A DNA stretch of 64,000 nucleotides from sequence record PV764938.1. One strand, written 5' to 3'. The notes beneath the pieces are model-generated. The model ran no database searches. It saw only the letters and a program-made list of their open reading frames with translations, and was not told where the DNA came from. Each line of letters opens with the position of its first letter. Within the stretch, counting starts at the first letter, position 1. Positions 1 through 9,003 of the stretch are shown piece after piece. The position numbers were made by a program, and so were the translations under genes.

Positions 1-58
1 TTTTTGACTGGACGAGTATCAAGGCTGTAAATATGGAGAACTCTAACAGGACAAACAT

Positions 59-715
59 ATGCGATCCCGCGGCAATTTTTATCGAGGCATTACTCACGGA
101 TTACCCACAGTTGTAGGATCTGAACAGGTCATTTATACCTCAGGGTTGTTCACGGCCAACACTACGTTCCAACCAAGAACTACAGCAAACGCGGTAGCCG
201 GTGACATCATATTTGCAGTGGGTGTCGGAAACTCTGGGGTTATATTGCCAAACCCCACACGCACGGATTCAACCTCTATTGGCGGCGGCCTGTCGTCCCA
301 AACCAACGCATTTCAGATATTGACTGCGACTGACATCACAAACAATTCAATCAGTGTTACATGCCCGTCTTTGGGCAATTACGTTCTTATAGTGATTCGT
401 GGAATCAGCACGCTAACCCGTAAACAATCCGTTAACGTGCTGAACGCCACTGATACGGTCCCAGGCTTTACTAAGGCCGCGAATTCAAAATTGATTCTAG
501 CCATAGTCACCGACCGTACTGATGTTGGTGCTACTTTATCAGTGGCAACGGGATTCGCACTTTTGCGTAATGGGTTTTCGCAATATTTCTCGGTAGCCCA
601 CGGTGTGCGTAATTCTAGCACCTACACAAGCGGATCAAACTTCACCGTGTTCTCACAAGCCACTGGTGGTGGTGGTGCTTATGGTGCAGTGGCAAGTATC
701 TACGAAGCAACTTAA
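59..715 (+). CDS. Putative virion/tail-fibre-associated beta-rich protein
   Basis: 218-aa T/S/G-rich ORF; TAAATA late-promoter motif at 28-33; no recognisable catalytic motif. Confidence 0.45.
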   Translation: MRSRGNFYRGITHGLPTVVGSEQVIYTSGLFTANTTFQPRTTANAVAGDIIFAVGVGNSGVILPNPTRTDSTSIGGGLSSQTNAFQILTATDITNNSISVTCPSLGNYVLIVIRGISTLTRKQSVNVLNATDTVPGFTKAANSKLILAIVTDRTDVGATLSVATGFALLRNGFSQYFSVAHGVRNSSTYTSGSNFTVFSQATGGGGAYGAVASIYEAT

Positions 716-1002
716 TCGTCGGCGCCTAGATCAGGCTGAATGTTACGGCGATTGCACCATACTGCTATAGCCTGTTGCGCTGAAACCAAATAGTATTCGC
801 GCTCATCATCCTCAAACATGCCATTGCCCTGGGGCTTGGCGTCGTAGACGGTCTCACCACCCACATCAGGACATTGAACGTAGAAGTTGCCGTGACGGAG
901 CCGTAGGTATCCGACGTTCTTCCCGTCGTAAAGAGCATCGTACTGTTCGGGGCAAGCATCGCACGTTTTGAACAATTTGATATCCTGCCACCGAACTGTC
1001 AC
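712..1002 (-). CDS. Hypothetical protein
   Basis: 96-aa ORF co-oriented with 1012-1668. Confidence 0.6.
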   Translation of the reverse strand: MTVRWQDIKLFKTCDACPEQYDALYDGKNVGYLRLRHGNFYVQCPDVGGETVYDAKPQGNGMFEDDEREYYLVSAQQAIAVWCNRRNIQPDLGADD

Positions 1003-1011
1003 GAGTACATC

Positions 1012-1668
1012 TCACTTAATCTCAACGATGAACGGGTTGTTGTCGCTGTCGGAGACAGTCACCGTGAAATTCATACGCTTCAAGTCCGCAAGAGTCAAGC
1101 TCTCCGGCAAAGTGAGGTGTGCAATCTTCTGCACTTGGGCTTTCACCTGCTGATCATCAACCACACGCGCAAGCGCAACCTGCGTAGTTGGGGCCGGCTT
1201 CTCTGCTTTCGGCTTTGCTGGCTTCTTCACAGGCTTTTCCGGCTGCTTTTTGCCGTTAACAAGCGGACGCGCTGCATTCTTGATGAGCGATGCGACGGTC
1301 TCGCCGGTCAGATCAACATCGAAGGTGATCAGATCGTCGGTCTGCTCGATCACATGAACCGGTACTTCAACGCCATTGAACTTGGCAGCTTTGTTGCGCT
1401 CGATGCCCATGTAGCGACGAGTCGCTGCCGCAATGATCTTGGTGATGCTGTTGGGGTGATGGGTCACGTAAAGCTTACGTGCGTCTTTGCCGTGCCGTTC
1501 GTGAGCCATTTCAGCTGTTTTGTAGAGGGTGACGCGAATCACCTTTGTGCTGACATTGGCTTCGTGAATATAGCAGGCATTCCAGGCATTGAGCTTTATT
1601 GAGCCCGAATAAATGTTGAAGCTGGTGTGCCCTTTTGTAAAGGCAAACCGCACTGTTTCTTTAGCCAT
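1012..1668 (-). CDS. Hypothetical protein with K/P-rich linker
   Basis: 218-aa ORF, GGAG RBS, KKQPEKPVKKPAKPK linker. Confidence 0.65.
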   Translation of the reverse strand: MAKETVRFAFTKGHTSFNIYSGSIKLNAWNACYIHEANVSTKVIRVTLYKTAEMAHERHGKDARKLYVTHHPNSITKIIAAATRRYMGIERNKAAKFNGVEVPVHVIEQTDDLITFDVDLTGETVASLIKNAARPLVNGKKQPEKPVKKPAKPKAEKPAPTTQVALARVVDDQQVKAQVQKIAHLTLPESLTLADLKRMNFTVTVSDSDNNPFIVEIK

Positions 1669-1807
1669 CGATCTGTAACTCCCTTTTGAGGCGTGGTTAA
1701 CGCATTGTTAAACAAGCACCTTTGTTCAAATAAGTCAAATAATGCTGCCCTGCGTAGTTAACTGGAACCCATAAATATGTGGTATTGGTTGTTCAAAGAG
1801 GCAGTTC

Positions 1808-2653
1808 ATGGACAAAACGTATTTCAAACAAAAGTCTTTGATCTTGGCTCGTCAGCTATATCCGACTCTAGACGGTGATTTCCTTATCCAGGAAGCCGAA
1901 AGAATCTTCACATATCTCAGCACAAACAACTACCAGAACTTCATTGGACTCAACTTGATCTTCGATGATATTTTGAGCTTTACGGAAATGCTGATGGCGC
2001 CGTGGTCAACGGATAAGCCATTGACACTATACGAGTATCAGCGCGATTTGCTAAGCCAATGGCAAACTGGCGCCGACAATGTGGTTGTTCATGGACGAAG
2101 CATGGGTATCACAATGCTTTTGTGCATTTACGCGCTCTGGCTTGCATCGTTCAAAAATGATGTTCACATCGGAATAGTTTGCCCAAACACTCGTTCCGGC
2201 GCAGACATGTCCATACAGATTTGCGAGTTCCACAACCAAAGCAACTTCAAGCTACCAGCGATTACCAAATATAACCGTAACGCTGTTGAACTCGCAAACG
2301 GGAACAAGATCCGTTTCCTGACCCCATCCACGTATATGGTAGGCATTTCATTCTCGCATGTATTTGCGGACAACGCATCGGCGATCAGCTTCGCAGACGA
2401 CGAAAACTTCTACAGCACGATCATGTTCGCGAATAGTGGACAAAGCCTCATTACGGGTACTCCTGGATTCAACGTAGGCATCTTCTACGACATGGTATCC
2501 AACCCCGTGCTGTTCAAGAACCAAAAGACATTCGTGCCCTACGGGTTCCATCCGGACTACTCAAACGAATGGGAACGCAAGATGCGGGCGCAGATGGGCA
2601 ATGAAGAGTTTGAGAACCAATTCAACTGTGAGTTCAAAGACGCACAGATTTAA
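1808..2653 (+). CDS. Terminase large-subunit ATPase-domain paralog, degenerate Walker motifs, no nuclease domain
   Basis: LYEYQRDLL (cf. VYPFQRELI), HGRSMGITM (cf. ARQMGKTT), VFADNA (cf. LYLDEFA), TGTP, FENQFNCEF (cf. FAREFECKF) versus the terminase at 54683; TAAATA at 1772-1777. Confidence 0.75.
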   Translation: MDKTYFKQKSLILARQLYPTLDGDFLIQEAERIFTYLSTNNYQNFIGLNLIFDDILSFTEMLMAPWSTDKPLTLYEYQRDLLSQWQTGADNVVVHGRSMGITMLLCIYALWLASFKNDVHIGIVCPNTRSGADMSIQICEFHNQSNFKLPAITKYNRNAVELANGNKIRFLTPSTYMVGISFSHVFADNASAISFADDENFYSTIMFANSGQSLITGTPGFNVGIFYDMVSNPVLFKNQKTFVPYGFHPDYSNEWERKMRAQMGNEEFENQFNCEFKDAQI

Positions 2654-3906
2654 TATTCGGGTCCACCGAATAGTAAAGTGATTCCCGGGATAGTACGACG
2701 AGGAGTCGCAAACAAGTGCGGGAATTTCTTCGTAACACGGTTTACCAGCTTTTCCACTGCGATTTCGTTCTCACGATGTACACGGTCGCGTCGAGCTAGT
2801 ACCTCGCGCCAGTGAGCCCCGTAGATGCTCCGTTGAATGCGGTTCTCATCGGATTCTTCAACGGACTCAATCGCATTAAGGGCCAGCTCAACTTGGATCG
2901 GACGTTTGCGTTCTTCAATCTGCTTGAGTTTGGATTCCGGCAACAGTTCGAGATTACCACGTGCCGTGATATTTGCTTCCTCGATGATAAGGTCTTCAAG
3001 TCCACTCTTGCAGTGGAGCACGATACTTGCGAGATGGTCGAACACGGTCACGTTCTGCGTATACACGCAAAGCCCACAAACGAACTCATCGGAATCCTTG
3101 TGATAAACGCGAGTCTCAGCGGAACCATGCGACCCCGCAATGGAACCGTATTTCTGTTTTGTAAGTGAGAACCGATATTTCTGACCGACGACGGAAATCT
3201 CCTGGCCGCTCATGAACATCTGCACGGTGTTCTCACCCGTAATGGAATCCAATAGCTTGGCAGATCGCTTCAACGCTTTCTTCTTGGACTTCTCTGGAGC
3301 TTTCGGCTTGCGACGATCCTCCCATTCCATTTCATCGTAGATCTCGCCGATAGTTGGCCGTGCGGGCCAGATCAACTTGAATTCAGAGAGGTTCGGAATA
3401 TTGGTTAGCGCGTTCCATTGCGCATGAATGCGATAACGGGATTCCAAGAAATGCCGCTTGCGTTCGAACATTTTGAGTCCATCATAGTAGACGACTCCAC
3501 GATGGTTGTGGCGAATGTTATTGCGGTAATACTCAATCCCGTTGAGAACTCCTCGTTCGTCCTCAACTAGAGAACCACAAATTTCACGGGCGATTTGCTT
3601 GGCATTGCCCGAATAGTGAACTCCATAGGCCAAACACAGGGCAACCGCATTTGGATCCGCAGTCTCCTGCCAATCCAAATAGAGACGCTCCAAACGTGCG
3701 CCATAATTGGACAAACGAGTGCCGTGATTCTGATCCTGCAGATCCATTTCGTGATCGAATGAATCCAACAGCTCAGTGATGTTTGGGCAGAAATATCGTC
3801 CCCACAGGTAGACGTCGGTTGGAATGTCGAAACACTCCAACGCACCGTCCAAGTAGTATTGAATATCCGGTGGAACTCGGCCACCTGTGATAACGATGTC
3901 CGTCAT
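2650..3906 (-). CDS. Uncharacterised 418-aa protein, partner of the GG-terminated protein
   Basis: Translationally coupled (TAATG) to 3906-4259; C-terminal half has SHGSAETRVY...CGLCVY...FDHLASIVLH...ANI. Confidence 0.6.
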   Translation of the reverse strand: MTDIVITGGRVPPDIQYYLDGALECFDIPTDVYLWGRYFCPNITELLDSFDHEMDLQDQNHGTRLSNYGARLERLYLDWQETADPNAVALCLAYGVHYSGNAKQIAREICGSLVEDERGVLNGIEYYRNNIRHNHRGVVYYDGLKMFERKRHFLESRYRIHAQWNALTNIPNLSEFKLIWPARPTIGEIYDEMEWEDRRKPKAPEKSKKKALKRSAKLLDSITGENTVQMFMSGQEISVVGQKYRFSLTKQKYGSIAGSHGSAETRVYHKDSDEFVCGLCVYTQNVTVFDHLASIVLHCKSGLEDLIIEEANITARGNLELLPESKLKQIEERKRPIQVELALNAIESVEESDENRIQRSIYGAHWREVLARRDRVHRENEIAVEKLVNRVTKKFPHLFATPRRTIPGITLLFGGPEY

Positions 3907-4259
3907 TAGCCGCCCTGGAACTGACGAACCGCAACCGCGTGGTTCGAAGCAATCTCTTTGGGATTTGTCGAAGCATGAAGCGTGTTGATGACCGTTCCGG
4001 TGATGCGCTTGATCAGGCCGACCTTGCCCTCCGTGAACAGCTTTTCGATGTCTTCATCTGGAACGTTGATCTGCCGGCCCTTCACGTCTTCGAGTTTGGT
4101 CACCTGAATCTGCTTCTTGGTGAAAGGCTCGATGATGAAGAAGCGGATGCCCTGATCCAGTTTCTTCTGAATGATCTCGGCCATTGCATCATCCTTGTCC
4201 TCTTCCCAGACGATGCTCAGGTCACCCATTTCATTCAACAGAGTAAGCGAACGTGTCAT
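3906..4259 (-). CDS. Small protein ending in Gly-Gly (candidate ubiquitin-like modifier)
   Basis: 117 aa, begins RSLTLLNEMGDLSIVW, ends AVRQFQGG-stop. Confidence 0.5.
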   Translation of the reverse strand: MTRSLTLLNEMGDLSIVWEEDKDDAMAEIIQKKLDQGIRFFIIEPFTKKQIQVTKLEDVKGRQINVPDEDIEKLFTEGKVGLIKRITGTVINTLHASTNPKEIASNHAVAVRQFQGG

Positions 4260-4840
4260 TAAAACCTCACTGAGTGATCGTAGTCGATATGAAGCTGACG
4301 GAAAACAACGTCAGTCTCCATGAACTTCTTTAGATTTCCCTTGCGCTTAGCTTTAAGGAAATCAAAAAGCAAGGTGCCAGGCGTCCGAAGTGTAAACGGC
4401 TTCTCGTGAATGAGAGTTTCCGTTTTCGGATCCCATACACCGAAACGTCCCTCACCAAAGTATTGGGTTCCGGTGATCTGATATTGTCCGCAGTGGTCAC
4501 CCTTGCCGTTACCACAGCTACTGAAGCCGAAGAACCGAGAAATGTCCCAGGCAAACAACTTGCCGTCGAACGGGCCTGTTGGATTGCGGTAGTTTGGGGT
4601 AATGAGATCCTGTGCAGCAATGCTCACAAAATCGATTTCGTTTTTGCGGGCCTGTGCCATCAGAATCCGGAACAGCATTCGGCGAGCATCGGCGAGTTCC
4701 ACGTTGAAATCGTAGCCAATCGGATCCCAGTCACGAGTTTTAGCCTTGTTGAGACCTGCAAAATACTCGATCGAAGCTACGACGATTTGTGGATCTGGGA
4801 GCAGGTTTCCCTGCAAGTCTGTGACGTTATTTTCCAGCAT
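4259..4840 (-). CDS. Hypothetical protein
   Basis: 193-aa ORF coupled to the downstream gene (TAATG); SSCGNGKGDHCG motif. Confidence 0.65.
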   Translation of the reverse strand: MLENNVTDLQGNLLPDPQIVVASIEYFAGLNKAKTRDWDPIGYDFNVELADARRMLFRILMAQARKNEIDFVSIAAQDLITPNYRNPTGPFDGKLFAWDISRFFGFSSCGNGKGDHCGQYQITGTQYFGEGRFGVWDPKTETLIHEKPFTLRTPGTLLFDFLKAKRKGNLKKFMETDVVFRQLHIDYDHSVRF

Positions 4841-5132
4841 ATTTGTCCAAGAAGTCCTTGTTATTATTCAGGCACAGGTCGGACCATTTCTTGGCCACGT
4901 CATCCCACTTTTGCTCGATAGCGATTTTCGAGAAGGACTCGCAAAGCCGATTCAACGACGCCCAGTCGCTTTTGTCGATCTCCATAAACATGGTCTGGTA
5001 TCGAATGTCCATGGTATATTCCTTGTAGAAGAACATACCAACAGGGAAGATTGCTGGGATAGCCACAATACAAGCGGCAACGAGAACGCCTGAGACCCAC
5101 GCGGGATATTTGGAAACTTGTTCAGTCATCAT
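4827..5132 (-). CDS. Hypothetical membrane protein
   Basis: Hydrophobic segment WVSGVLVAACIVAIPAIFPVGMFF. Confidence 0.6.
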   Translation of the reverse strand: MMTEQVSKYPAWVSGVLVAACIVAIPAIFPVGMFFYKEYTMDIRYQTMFMEIDKSDWASLNRLCESFSKIAIEQKWDDVAKKWSDLCLNNNKDFLDKYAGK

Positions 5133-5196
5133 GCTTCTTTCGGAAACGATTATGGCCCCACTATAACAGTGGGGCCAGTGTTTGCAAGCCTAAGTT

Positions 5197-5577
5197 TTAG
5201 GCCGCGACCGTCTGAATGTCCTTCTTCGCCTTGCGCTTGCGGAGAGCCTTGAGGCGCGGGTGCATGACCTTTTCCGACCGAACGTCGAAAGCTTCCTTGA
5301 TCGCAGCGGCGTCGCGCGGGTCCTGGAGATAGATCTTGTCCACGTAGACGACCTTGTTCTCGAACTCCCGCGAACGCGCCGACTTGCGCTTGGAGTCCTT
5401 GTGAACGTAGGTGTAGACCTTGTAGTAGCCGACCGCGTTCAGGGTGCACCAGGAGTTGACGTCCTCGGGAGCGATCTGATGCTGGCCGAACCAGAAACGG
5501 AAGGGGAAGCCGTAGAAGAAGGGGATTTCACCGTGCTTTTCCGACTGACGTCCGAAGTCCTGAAGCGTAGAAGTCAT
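5197..5577 (-). CDS. Hypothetical protein
   Basis: 126 aa, AGGAAGAG RBS, downstream of a sigma70-type promoter; basic C-terminus. Confidence 0.65.
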   Translation of the reverse strand: MTSTLQDFGRQSEKHGEIPFFYGFPFRFWFGQHQIAPEDVNSWCTLNAVGYYKVYTYVHKDSKRKSARSREFENKVVYVDKIYLQDPRDAAAIKEAFDVRSEKVMHPRLKALRKRKAKKDIQTVAA

Positions 5578-5627
5578 TTGCTCTTCCTTTCGATCTCTGT
5601 GCAGCGCCTGTTGCTGCTATGTCCTGA

Positions 5628-5659
5628 ATACTAACATAGGACAGACAAGTGTCAACCAG
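5628..5659 (-). promoter_or_regulatory. Sigma70-type early promoter
   Basis: CTGG-TTGACA-N16-TAGTAT on minus strand; shares CTGGTTGAC and TCCTATGTTA with the promoter at 11767-11798. Confidence 0.7.
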
Positions 5660-5764
5660 GTTTTTCAATTCTTTTCCACACAATTTTAGCACGACACCGT
5701 TTGAGATCATAACTCTACGATAGAGCTACGATTAAAGCTAAATACGTAAAACTGGGGGTACCAT

Positions 5765-6208
5765 ATGCGATCGTTTATAGGCAACCTTATTCGAGGCATT
5801 TTCTCAGCGGGTAAAGGACGACAAGTTCAGTTGGAGTGGATTACTCCAGAGGGAACCATCGGACTCTACTATGAGACTGAGGAAATTATGATCCAGCTGC
5901 AGGTTGCATCCTCCGCTGACATTGACCATTTCGAGCTGATTTCCGGTGCTCTGCCTGATTTCGTACAATTGCTCAGTGATGGACTGATCTTCGGTGAAGT
6001 CCCAGAAACTATTCCCGAAAATACCATCTACGAGTTCACACTTCGTGTCATCGACAAGGAAGAGAGATCGCAAGATCGTACCTTCAACTTGGATATTCGC
6101 AAGGTCGTCTCTGATATTCAATGGATCACGCCCGAAGGTAACATCGGAACTCTACGTTTGGGTCAAGCCGCATTTAATCATGTTGAAGCAGAGAGTACAT
6201 TGGTATGA
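5765..6208 (+). CDS. Ig-like (He_PIG-type) repeat virion protein, N-terminal part
   Basis: One complete unit (WITPEG...SGALP...FTLRVID...DRTFNLDI) plus the start of a second; TAAATA at 5739-5744. Confidence 0.7.
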   Translation: MRSFIGNLIRGIFSAGKGRQVQLEWITPEGTIGLYYETEEIMIQLQVASSADIDHFELISGALPDFVQLLSDGLIFGEVPETIPENTIYEFTLRVIDKEERSQDRTFNLDIRKVVSDIQWITPEGNIGTLRLGQAAFNHVEAESTLV

Positions 6209-7776
6209 CAGATCGAAGCAGAAAAGTTACCTATGGTGTTGTTAGTGGAGCTTTGCCTCCGGGTCTATCCTTGAATACTTCTACTGGTGGTGTTCGTGGC
6301 CTGATCAACCCTGCGGATTTCCTCGATGCACCAGTTTGGAATACCACTGGTGGCCTTCTGGGCCAATGGGAAGAGTTTGATGTAGTCGAACCGATTACCT
6401 TGAGTGCTTCTCTACAGGGAGACGCAACAAGTCTCGTCTACACCATCATGGAAGGTTACCGAAACAATCGCGGCCTACCCTGGGGTATTACTTTGGATCC
6501 CTACACGGGCGTACTTTCAGGAACTCTTTTGGAACTTCGTGATCCAACAAGCGCGAGCTGGACAGAAGAGGAAGAACCACAGTGGGTGACCACAGCCGGG
6601 AAACTCGCAACCTATGATGAACTCGCAGTCGTTTCGGGACTCAGCATTCAAGCAACGCCATACCAGACCCGTACTCTACGATATTCCATCGAGCGTGGAT
6701 CGCTACCTTGGGGACTGGAAATGTCCACGACCGACGGAGCGTTCAGCGGTACAATTCGTCGACTGAAGGTTCTAGGCGGAGTCCCCATTATTGAACCGAA
6801 GCCACGTTGGTTGTCTCCGGCTTTTGTGGGAACTGCGGACGAACTCAAATCGGCCAGTTTTACAATCCTTGCCCAGCCACGCCTTGGTAATAAGGTTACC
6901 TATTTTATTCGTGGTGGTGGGCTTCCTTGGGGATTGTCGTTGAACCCTGCGACTGGTGTCATTTCGGGTACCGCAGCTCTGTTGAAAGCCAATGATGGTT
7001 TCTCATGGCCACCAGTACAGTCCCCGGTCTGGGAAACGCCTTCGGGTTCTATCCTCTCGACTGAGGAACTATCCGTAATTGACTTGCCCAACGTGTTCGA
7101 GGCAACCGCTTACCAAACACGTACTCTTCGCTATGAAGTTACCGGTGGCCGCCTACCGTGGGGTCTAGAGCTATCGAACGGTGGAACCCTAAGTGGTACC
7201 ATCACTCAGCTACAGTTACTCGAAGGTGTCCACGTCATTGAACCAAAGCCAACTTGGGGCACATCATCCGGAAACATTGGCGTATTCAACGAGCTAGAAG
7301 CTGGTGTAAATGTTCAGCTATCTGCCACAGCAAATCGTGGAACAACAATCCGTTATAATATTCGAAGCGGTGGTCTGCCTTGGGGCCTTTATTTGGATCC
7401 AAACACCGGTGCAATCACGGGAACCCTTGCCCAAATCAAACCCGTCGATACAGCTATTCCAGCGAGTAATCCTCCGACGTTCACAGAAGCTCCAGGAACG
7501 ACGATTATCACAACGACAGTCGGTGGAACGCCCTCATATGTGATTGGCGTTTCTGTGCAATCTGGACGCACTTTGAGTGCAATCGAATTGGTTCCTCAAC
7601 CAAAGTTCCGCTCGGGCCTACCATTTGGTCTTCAGCTAAATAGCGCAACAGGCGCAATTACTGGTACCGTTGCCGCTGGTGCAAGCGTTGGAACATATGA
7701 TGTAATTTTCCGAGCCATCGATAGTGTAGGCGCCATTTCCAATCTATCAGCTCATATTGTAATACAAGGTGCATAA
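6205..7776 (+). CDS. Ig-like (He_PIG-type) tandem-repeat scaffold protein, tail/baseplate-associated
   Basis: Seven GxLP(P/W/F)G(L/I)xLxxxxGx(I/L)(S/T)G-type repeats of about 75-85 aa. Confidence 0.75.
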   Translation: MTDRSRKVTYGVVSGALPPGLSLNTSTGGVRGLINPADFLDAPVWNTTGGLLGQWEEFDVVEPITLSASLQGDATSLVYTIMEGYRNNRGLPWGITLDPYTGVLSGTLLELRDPTSASWTEEEEPQWVTTAGKLATYDELAVVSGLSIQATPYQTRTLRYSIERGSLPWGLEMSTTDGAFSGTIRRLKVLGGVPIIEPKPRWLSPAFVGTADELKSASFTILAQPRLGNKVTYFIRGGGLPWGLSLNPATGVISGTAALLKANDGFSWPPVQSPVWETPSGSILSTEELSVIDLPNVFEATAYQTRTLRYEVTGGRLPWGLELSNGGTLSGTITQLQLLEGVHVIEPKPTWGTSSGNIGVFNELEAGVNVQLSATANRGTTIRYNIRSGGLPWGLYLDPNTGAITGTLAQIKPVDTAIPASNPPTFTEAPGTTIITTTVGGTPSYVIGVSVQSGRTLSAIELVPQPKFRSGLPFGLQLNSATGAITGTVAAGASVGTYDVIFRAIDSVGAISNLSAHIVIQGA

Positions 7777-8993
7777 TGACGACATTCAATTTCAAAGTAC
7801 GAGCCGTCGATAACAAGGGAGCTTTCGCAGATCGCGATTTCTCAATGGATGTCAGAAACACCGCCTACGACAAATTCGTAATGACTACGACTGAAGGTTA
7901 TATCGTAACAAGCGTTGACGGTCTGAATTGGCAATACCGTGCGCAGTACCTGAACGCCAATACCCTATTTGGTGATGTCGTATGGGGTCCTGGATTTTGG
8001 TTTGCTACAAAAACATCTACCACATATATTCGGAGCATCGACGGTATCAACTGGACTGAGCATTCATATCCAACAGGATATGCAATGTATCCAACCAATA
8101 TAGCATCGAACTATACGAATTCTCCTACTTTGATTCCGCGACCGTCAGTCGGTGATGGAAAGTTGATGATGCTGTTGGAAGTCGATACCGCTACCACAGC
8201 AGATCAGGCAAGGCATCTCGCATATACTACTGACGGGTTGACCTGGACTGTTGTACCGACGCCAGTCATCAAGAATACCAGTTATATCTATCGTGCTTGT
8301 TCTAACCAAGCATTGTTTGCGAATGATCGTTGGTATGTAAACCATTACGCGCAATCAAGTTGGCCGAATGCAGATGCCGCAATGAGATGGATTGCGAAGG
8401 ATTTCACTGGTGATTGGACTAACGTTCCACGTGCAAATGGCGCCACAGGTTTTGGTGGTGGCCATAATTTGCGTTTCGTAAACGGCACGTTCTTTACGTG
8501 GTCAAACTCAAACATTTACATGATGAGTGCAGATGGTATTAACTGGACCAGCTATGCAAGACCTACAACCAATCAATCCTATTATTACTTGCCCTGCATG
8601 TTGTACTGCAATGGCAAGATCGTTGCGTATCCTGACTCTTATAACTTTACTAGCGTTCAGGCTACCGCTGGTACGTGGGATAAAGTTCACACCAGTCTTG
8701 ATGGTATAACTTGGTCAACTGTTACGGTGCCTGCCTTGCCATTTACACATCCAAATATCGTAAACTATTCGACCCTATACAATACGGCTTCAGCTAACGG
8801 TCGTATCAGTGGAACCTACTACGGTGGTGTGATTTTGTTTGGCTCTAGAATCGTCAATAACAATGTCGCATATGGTGGATTGCTGACTAGTACAGATGGT
8901 GGACTCACATTTACTCGTAACGCAATTCCGTCGGTCGGTCTAGCCAGTGCCGTTGCTGTTAATGGTTTGGCATCTATGGGTCAGAGCGTTTAA
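7776..8993 (+). CDS. Asp-box beta-propeller protein (putative adhesin)
   Basis: Repeated (T/S)xDGxxW boxes (TSVDGLNW, RSIDGINW, YTTDGLTW, MSADGINW, TSLDGITW); N-terminal FNFKVRAVD...DRDFSMDV. Confidence 0.7.
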   Translation: MTTFNFKVRAVDNKGAFADRDFSMDVRNTAYDKFVMTTTEGYIVTSVDGLNWQYRAQYLNANTLFGDVVWGPGFWFATKTSTTYIRSIDGINWTEHSYPTGYAMYPTNIASNYTNSPTLIPRPSVGDGKLMMLLEVDTATTADQARHLAYTTDGLTWTVVPTPVIKNTSYIYRACSNQALFANDRWYVNHYAQSSWPNADAAMRWIAKDFTGDWTNVPRANGATGFGGGHNLRFVNGTFFTWSNSNIYMMSADGINWTSYARPTTNQSYYYLPCMLYCNGKIVAYPDSYNFTSVQATAGTWDKVHTSLDGITWSTVTVPALPFTHPNIVNYSTLYNTASANGRISGTYYGGVILFGSRIVNNNVAYGGLLTSTDGGLTFTRNAIPSVGLASAVAVNGLASMGQSV

Positions 8994-9003
8994 GGAGAAT
9001 ACA

